Shown here: piece by piece, positions 58,915-64,000 of the stretch | How the letters are laid out: every line of letters starts with the position of its first letter | Numbering within the stretch: the first letter of the stretch is position 1 | Assembly (NCBI GenBank): GCA_000708835.1 | Contig: DF237148.1 | Span: 62,001-126,000, forward strand | Origin: Klebsormidium nitens | Taxonomy: Eukaryota > Plantae > Klebsormidiophyceae | Reading direction: 5' to 3' | Length of the DNA: 64,000 nt | The notes under the pieces: generated by a model | Told to the model about the DNA's origin: nothing | Seen by the model: only the letters and a program-made list of their open reading frames with translations | Databases searched by the model: none | Made by a program: the position numbers and the translations under genes

Positions 58915-61900
58915 TCACTTTTGCTTCTTTCCGTCCTTCTCCTTACACGCTTTCTTGTGCTCGGGCCAGTCCTTCTTCTGGCATGCCGCGCTACAGTACT
59001 CAGCCCCATGGCACCGCGCGCACCGCTTGAGCTCCTCTACCTCGATCCCACACATGCTGCACTTCGATCCCTTCAAGTTCGACGTCCGGAACGCTTCTTC
59101 CAGGGTGGCCCACCGCGCAGCCTGCGACTCGGGCGTATCCGCGTCGAGCGCCTTGAAGAGTCGCGGTATGAGGTCCTCCTTCCCGGTAATGAGGTCAAGG
59201 CTGAAGCCCACGATGTTCGAGCCGTAGTGGTACTTCACGCACCGCTTTTGCGCGAAGTCGTCGATCGTCGGCGGCATGCCGGCAAAATGCAGCTCGGGAG
59301 AGCCGGGTCGCAGGCGCCGAGTGATCAGCCGCAGCAGCTGCGCCTGTTCCACACGCCGTTCCCAGTCCCGTTCGTCGCCGTCGTGGATCGCGAGCACGAT
59401 CGGGGGCACCATCTGATCCAAGAGCTGCTCATACCCCGCGCCGTCCTCGTGCAGCGCCTCGGCGACCGCGGCGCACGCCATGTTCACCCGCTGGTAGAAC
59501 GGCGACGTCAGCAGGGACGCGAACGCGGCCGCCGCGCGCGTCGAGACGACGAGCTCGGCCAGCCGCGGCAGGGTTTGGAGGCTTAGCGACGTGCCGGCGG
59601 TCAGGAGGTCCGGGTCGCGCGGCCGCCCCTGCTGGCGTGCGACGTCTTCCAGGATCCGCCCGAACGCGTGCAAGAGGAAGGTCGTCATCTGGAGCAGCAA
59701 CCTCTGGTCGGGGGGGGACGACGTGGCGCCCCCACGGCGCTCCACCTCAGCGACGAACAGGTTTAGGAGCCCCGGGAAGGCGTGCGTCAGGAGGAGAGAT
59801 TCTGACACGGCGCCGGAGTGGTAGAGGTCGACGACGAGAGACCGTGCTTCGATCTAGACTAGCGCGTCAGGGATGGTGCCGAGGAGGCGGCACGCTGTCT
59901 CGAGAAATGGAGTGGGAAGTGGGGGGGCCGTCGGGGTGTTGATAAGCAGTCGGAGGAGACACGCGTATGATGCCTGGACGATCTGCAAGCGAGCACCGAA
60001 ATCTAAATTACGGCCAGTTCGAGACATAATCAGGCTGCGTTCGTTCCCTTGCTGGAGGAATCAATAGGGTTACTGTGTGTAGGCAAGTCACATCAGTTCC
60101 CTCTTCACATGTGACATGACTCGGCTGCGGAGCCTCAAGCTGGCCCCCAAGCTTGAAAGAAAAGTTGGGCGAAGTATGCGATGTCTTCACGGTAGCTTGA
60201 TTCAACCGGCAACTCTCCACCGCTCTTCTACACAATGAAAGTCGTCGAGGAATCTGTTAGGACTGGTATCACACAGTCCACTTGGTCCTGACAAGCGAAA
60301 GAACTGTTCGAGGCCAGCAACGGCCGACTTTCAAAGATTCGATCATGTGAGGATCAGTAAGCTGCTCAAAAACATTCTGGGTAGGCCAGAAAGTGGTTTG
60401 ACACAGGCATCTCAAGAAAACCCCGACAAACAACACGAGAGGCGATCGGGCCCCAGCTGAAGCGGACTGAAAGTCACCCCGCTCCTAAAACCCGATATTT
60501 GAACCAAGTTTCGAAGACATAATGAGGCAACTGAGTGACCCAGATTATCCTCCTCACTTTGCCTAATTAGCACGAGTGGCATGGTTGTCCAGATGTCAAT
60601 CTGGATCCCATCGGCTTCAAGCATGAGATGCAAAGCGATCAGTTGAGCACTCACTGTGTGAGGCTCGACGCCCTCAAGCCCTTTGCTGGGGTTGTCTACG
60701 GAGTCCTTCAGCAGAGTGAGAAGCTTCCATGCGTCCTTGTGTTGCGCAATGGCCTTGCGGACGTCCGCAGCTTCGGGTCGTTTGGCTGGCCTGCAAGCAG
60801 AAATACAAAATCAGCCTTTGCTATCAAACTCAACGGTCATGTTTGACCGAAAATACGCGCCTCTGGGATCTCGCCGTTCATAATGCAGATTGCATAGCCC
60901 GTGCTTCTTTTCGAAGCACCAGACTGAGCACCGGCACGGTTTGCAAAGCTCAGCCAATTCAGACTGGCCTGGTTGCCGTGCTAGAATTGCACTCAATGAT
61001 GTCCTTTCCATGTTCCAAGGCAGGCAGCTAGCTTGGGTAGAGGTGCAGCGTTGGTCACCATAAGGGCCCACCTGATATCCAGATTCTTTTTATTCGTGCA
61101 TTCATAGACGAGAGATTGGTGCGGAGAATCAATAAGTAGGACAGGAAAGGAGGACTCTTATGCACAAGCAGTCTCGCTGCAGGCTCTTCTAATGAAATAT
61201 ACAGCAGCCTATCAAGACCCACTTGATGTACAGTACTACACTTTAAAGCTTGACGGTCCGTTCCATCCTGGCCCGTTTACCTTGTCTGGAGAAGACCTAT
61301 CTACGTTTATCGAACAAACATCACGCTGACTTACTCGCTGAGGAACCACAGGTGCAGCAGCAACGACAGCGACATGGCCCTGACCCCTGAGAAGATGTTG
61401 GGTTCCTCCAGAAGGTAGTGAAAGATCGGTTTCAGCAGCTCTGCAAGAGGTGTAAAGGGTGGGGTTTTTGAACAGAATTTAATTCCAGGATGATGTAAAG
61501 GTGGTGGCAAAGTTACAGAACGAGCAGTGTGTACCAGCCTTTTGGCTTCTCACTGGTGGATCAGAAACGAGGAGATCTTTGCCAACTGTGAAACCTCGCC
61601 AAATGCGTTTGGGGTGGTGGTCATGCTGTAAAAGCTGTCTGAATGTCTCTAAGCCGCGGAACCTTGCTCTGATACTTGTATGTTATGCTTGACAATGAAT
61701 TGGAGAATTTGAAGCGCTGAGCAATGCAAGCATGACCGCAATCAGGAACTAGTCAATCGCTACAATAAAAGTGCGAATCAGCACTGCTACCAAGCCAAGG
61801 AGCCTGATCTGAGAAGCACATCTGATTCCCAAACACTGCTCGCTTTCTTGAAATGTTCCCAAATCTCACCTGCGTTTGATGCTAGCTGTGGCTTGTCAAG

Positions 61901-62637
61901 TTGCACCAGCGTCGCGAACCACAGCACTGTCGCACAATTGTGGCACAGCCTCTGATAGTAGCTCTTTTCTTTTTCTGCGCTGCTGAAATCAGGGAGAGCA
62001 CACCAGATCTTGACAATTGCGTCCACAATCCCTTCTTTGAGCATCCACCGGTAGAGCTTCCCCGATGCTTTCTTCGCCTCCTTCTGACTGCCTGGATTGA
62101 CGAGATGGTCGTACCATGGCTTCCCCATCGACTTTAGAAAGGCCAGGGCTGCTCGTAGAGCCTCGTCATGCAAAATCTCTGGATTCTTCAAATCCCTCTT
62201 CTTTGCCACAACTGCCGCGATTGGTCGCACCGCGCCAAACTCCCAAGCTTTGGAGGACAGTTCAGAATCGCGTCGACAAAGAGAGCAAGACGGTCTGCGG
62301 CTATCGCAATGCCGGTGTCTTGGGCTTCTCGTCCGCGGAACCCCCCGAGCTGCGTGCACACGATTTTAAACAGGCCGATGTCGACCATTTCCTGAACCTG
62401 CTTCGGAGAGGCTTTTTTCAGTTTCTCCTCGAAGGCGTCCGTCATGACCAGCACTTCCAGCTTTGACTTCTTATCGAGCAATGGCAGCAATGCCCTATGC
62501 TGCCGGTTCATGGGAGTGTCCGGGCCATCCATCATTTGGAGCATGGCGGCGTCAATCTCTTTCATTGACATTGGACAGTCATCACTGTCCTCACTTGGAG
62601 GTGCCATTGCGCTGCGACGGACCCCTACCTTGGACAC
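58915..62637 (-). pseudogene. Helical-domain + C-terminal MYND zinc-finger gene, 4 exons, with one frameshift and one in-frame TAG
   Basis: Exons 62637-61870, 61440-61335, 60790-60655, 59982-58915; phases chain if exon 1 gains 1 nt (frame switches at NCPPK/KAWEFG, ~62245). In-frame TAG at 59856-59854 (TIPDALV*IEARSLVVD). MYND: CSMC..KRCARCHGAEYCSAACQKKDWPEHKKAC. Confidence 0.75.
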
Positions 62638-62639
62638 TG

Positions 62640-63022
62640 ATTTCTAGCTAGGTGCTAAGAGTCCTAGCTTCCCGAGATAGTAACATGGACGAAGACCCTG
62701 CGCCTTGGCAGGAAAGCAATCGAGAATTGCATCTGGATAATCTGAAAGCCAGCAGGCTGCGCTAGGAGCAGACGAGCTGGAAACTAGAGGTGGAACAACC
62801 TCACACATCCGAGGTTAATCGTAGCCCAGTACGCACTTACCGGGGACCCGATTCACCTTTTCAAACCCTTGTAGACTGTAGTCACCAACTTCAACGTGCA
62901 CGGTTTGAATCCCCGGTCCAAAGGTCATCCACCTCGGCTCCGCAGAAGCAAAGGCTGGCACCAACGTTGCCTCTTCCTCTTTTCCCTCTGCGAGGAGCAC
63001 AAGGGGGCGACAGGTCGCAGCC
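62640..63022. promoter_or_regulatory. Short head-to-head interval shared by MYND gene (-) and RPS26 (+)
   Basis: ATGs at 62637 (-) and 63023 (+) are 385 bp apart; a minus-strand donor (ccccg|gtaagt, ~62840) suggests a 5' UTR intron. Confidence 0.5.
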
Positions 63023-63923
63023 ATGACGGTCAAGCGCAGGAACCACGGGCGGAGCAAGCATGGCCGTGGGCACAGCGGGTTCATCCGCTGCTCCAACTGC
63101 GGTCGTTCAGTGCCCAAGGTAAGCGGCAGAGGCGCGGTCTGTTTTGGCGATCCTGTTGGAGTTTGCGCAGACCATTACCGATGTGTATGGGTGAAGGTGG
63201 GGAGGTCGAGGTGGGGAGCAGGGAGGATGGAATAGAGAGAAAACTCGGTTTAGGCAGTGAAGCAATGATATGTGTTCTTCGGGAAGCTCAAGGAGGACGG
63301 CTTCATTTTTTAAGCTTTGACTCCGTTGTTTTGAGAGAGGGGACGGGCAAACTTGACCGTATCAGCTTAGGTGAGCTAGGGATGCTAGGTCCGGAGAGTA
63401 CTGTGACACAGACCAGAGGGCATGCAATCTGCACATATCAGGACAGGATGGCAAGTCAAGGGCTGCCGAGGAGAAGGGAGCTTTGGCTTAGGGTCGGCTG
63501 TGCATGATCAGAAATGGACGCGGTCCCGTTGTATTCTGGTTAAGAGAAGGCCATAGCAGATTAGCAGCTGCAGTCCTTAAAACCTGGGGCTGTACCTCTT
63601 GTCGCTGTGAAGCAATCCGTAGAGGCCTGGGTTTGTGTGGTCATTGCGACACTCCTGGCTTCGGGATCTAGCGGTCAAGAGCGATCGTACACAGGAGCAA
63701 CATCAAGTTTGAATGGGGCCTGAGGCATAAGGGCAAAAGGCGGCGCAATTGATCGATGCTTGTGACCCTTTTCCTGAGACTGTATCCCGTTTGCTTTCTG
63801 CAGGACAAGGCCATCAAGAGATACCTTGTGAGGAACATTGTGGAGCAGGCAGCGGTCCGTGATGTGCAGGACGCCTGCGTGTTTGACGGATATGTGCTGC
63901 CCAAGCTGTACGCAAAGATGCAG
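63023..63923 (+). CDS. RPS26: 40S ribosomal protein S26 (eS26), exons 1-2; continues beyond window
   Basis: Exon 63023-63118 [32 protein letters not shown]; exon 63804-63923 [40 protein letters not shown]; GT-AG, phase 0. Confidence 0.98.
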
Positions 63924-64000
63924 GTATGAGAAAGTGCCACTCTAATGCAAACGTAATTTGAACGCCAGGAGTCAGGGCAGGTTTTGCCGATGCATTCGGA

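Noticed and set aside
59854-59856. Non-standard genetic code (TAG/TAA = Gln, as in some ulvophycean algae)
   Set aside because: TAA ends the SET and F-box genes at natural C-termini, and no other in-frame TAG/TAA occurs in the long exons (839-, 640- and 413-codon ORFs) or in the kinesin and ANKZF1 models.
665-62260. All four lesions in the E2 and MYND genes can be removed on paper by excising tiny GT...AG segments (GTGCACAG 8 nt at ~6184-6191; a 20-nt segment at ~667-686; GTCCTCCAAAG 11 nt at ~62245; GTCTAG 6 nt at 59854-59859), suggesting nano-introns
   Set aside because: Far below known spliceosomal intron sizes, with no branch point or pyrimidine tract. Excision would delete residues that fit the UBC helix (V-Q). 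Val GTN and Gln/stop NAG codons create such pairs by chance. cDNA would settle it.
62902-62912. tRNA T-loop-like GGTTTGAATCC
   Set aside because: No D-arm, anticodon arm or acceptor stem can be built around it.
63119-63803. snoRNA in the RPS26 intron
   Set aside because: No convincing box C (RTGATGA)/box D pair with terminal stem and no H/ACA layout was found by eye.
1-64000. Viral, bacterial or transposon insertion
   Set aside because: All recognisable genes have spliceosomal introns; no transposase, reverse transcriptase, integrase or capsid motif was seen.

Overview
Intron-rich, GC-rich eukaryotic nuclear DNA with GT-AG introns and a few GC-AG donors. The ATK1/KatA-type kinesin-14 stalk motif and the gene set point to a green alga or early streptophyte (Klebsormidium-like; inference only). 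Gene models were rebuilt by hand from splice sites and exon phases. From left to right: (1) an E2 ubiquitin-conjugating/F-box-like fusion gene (-) with two frameshifts in this assembly; (2) an intact C-terminal-motor kinesin-14 (-); (3) a weakly supported orphan gene (-); (4) a ~1490-aa SET-domain lysine methyltransferase (-); (5) a 5' pseudogene copy of ANKZF1/Vms1 (+); (6) two convergent orphan spliced genes; (7) a truncated SET-gene remnant (-); (8) an intact ANKZF1/Vms1 (+); (9) a secreted cupredoxin with a Pro-rich repeat stalk (-); (10) an F-box/LRR gene (-); (11) a helical/MYND-finger gene (-) carrying a frameshift and an in-frame TAG; (12) the 5' part of RPS26 (+). The most striking structure is a tandem duplication of the head-to-head SET/ANKZF1 pair with reciprocal loss. 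Each copy keeps one intact gene, and each dead partner now lies directly upstream of an unrelated orphan gene. Other oddities: duplicated exon ends that keep their splice sites, two intronic elements with a similar C-rich core closed by different inverted repeats, and palindrome-dense spacers downstream of gene ends. No rRNA, tRNA, CRISPR array or transposase was recognised.
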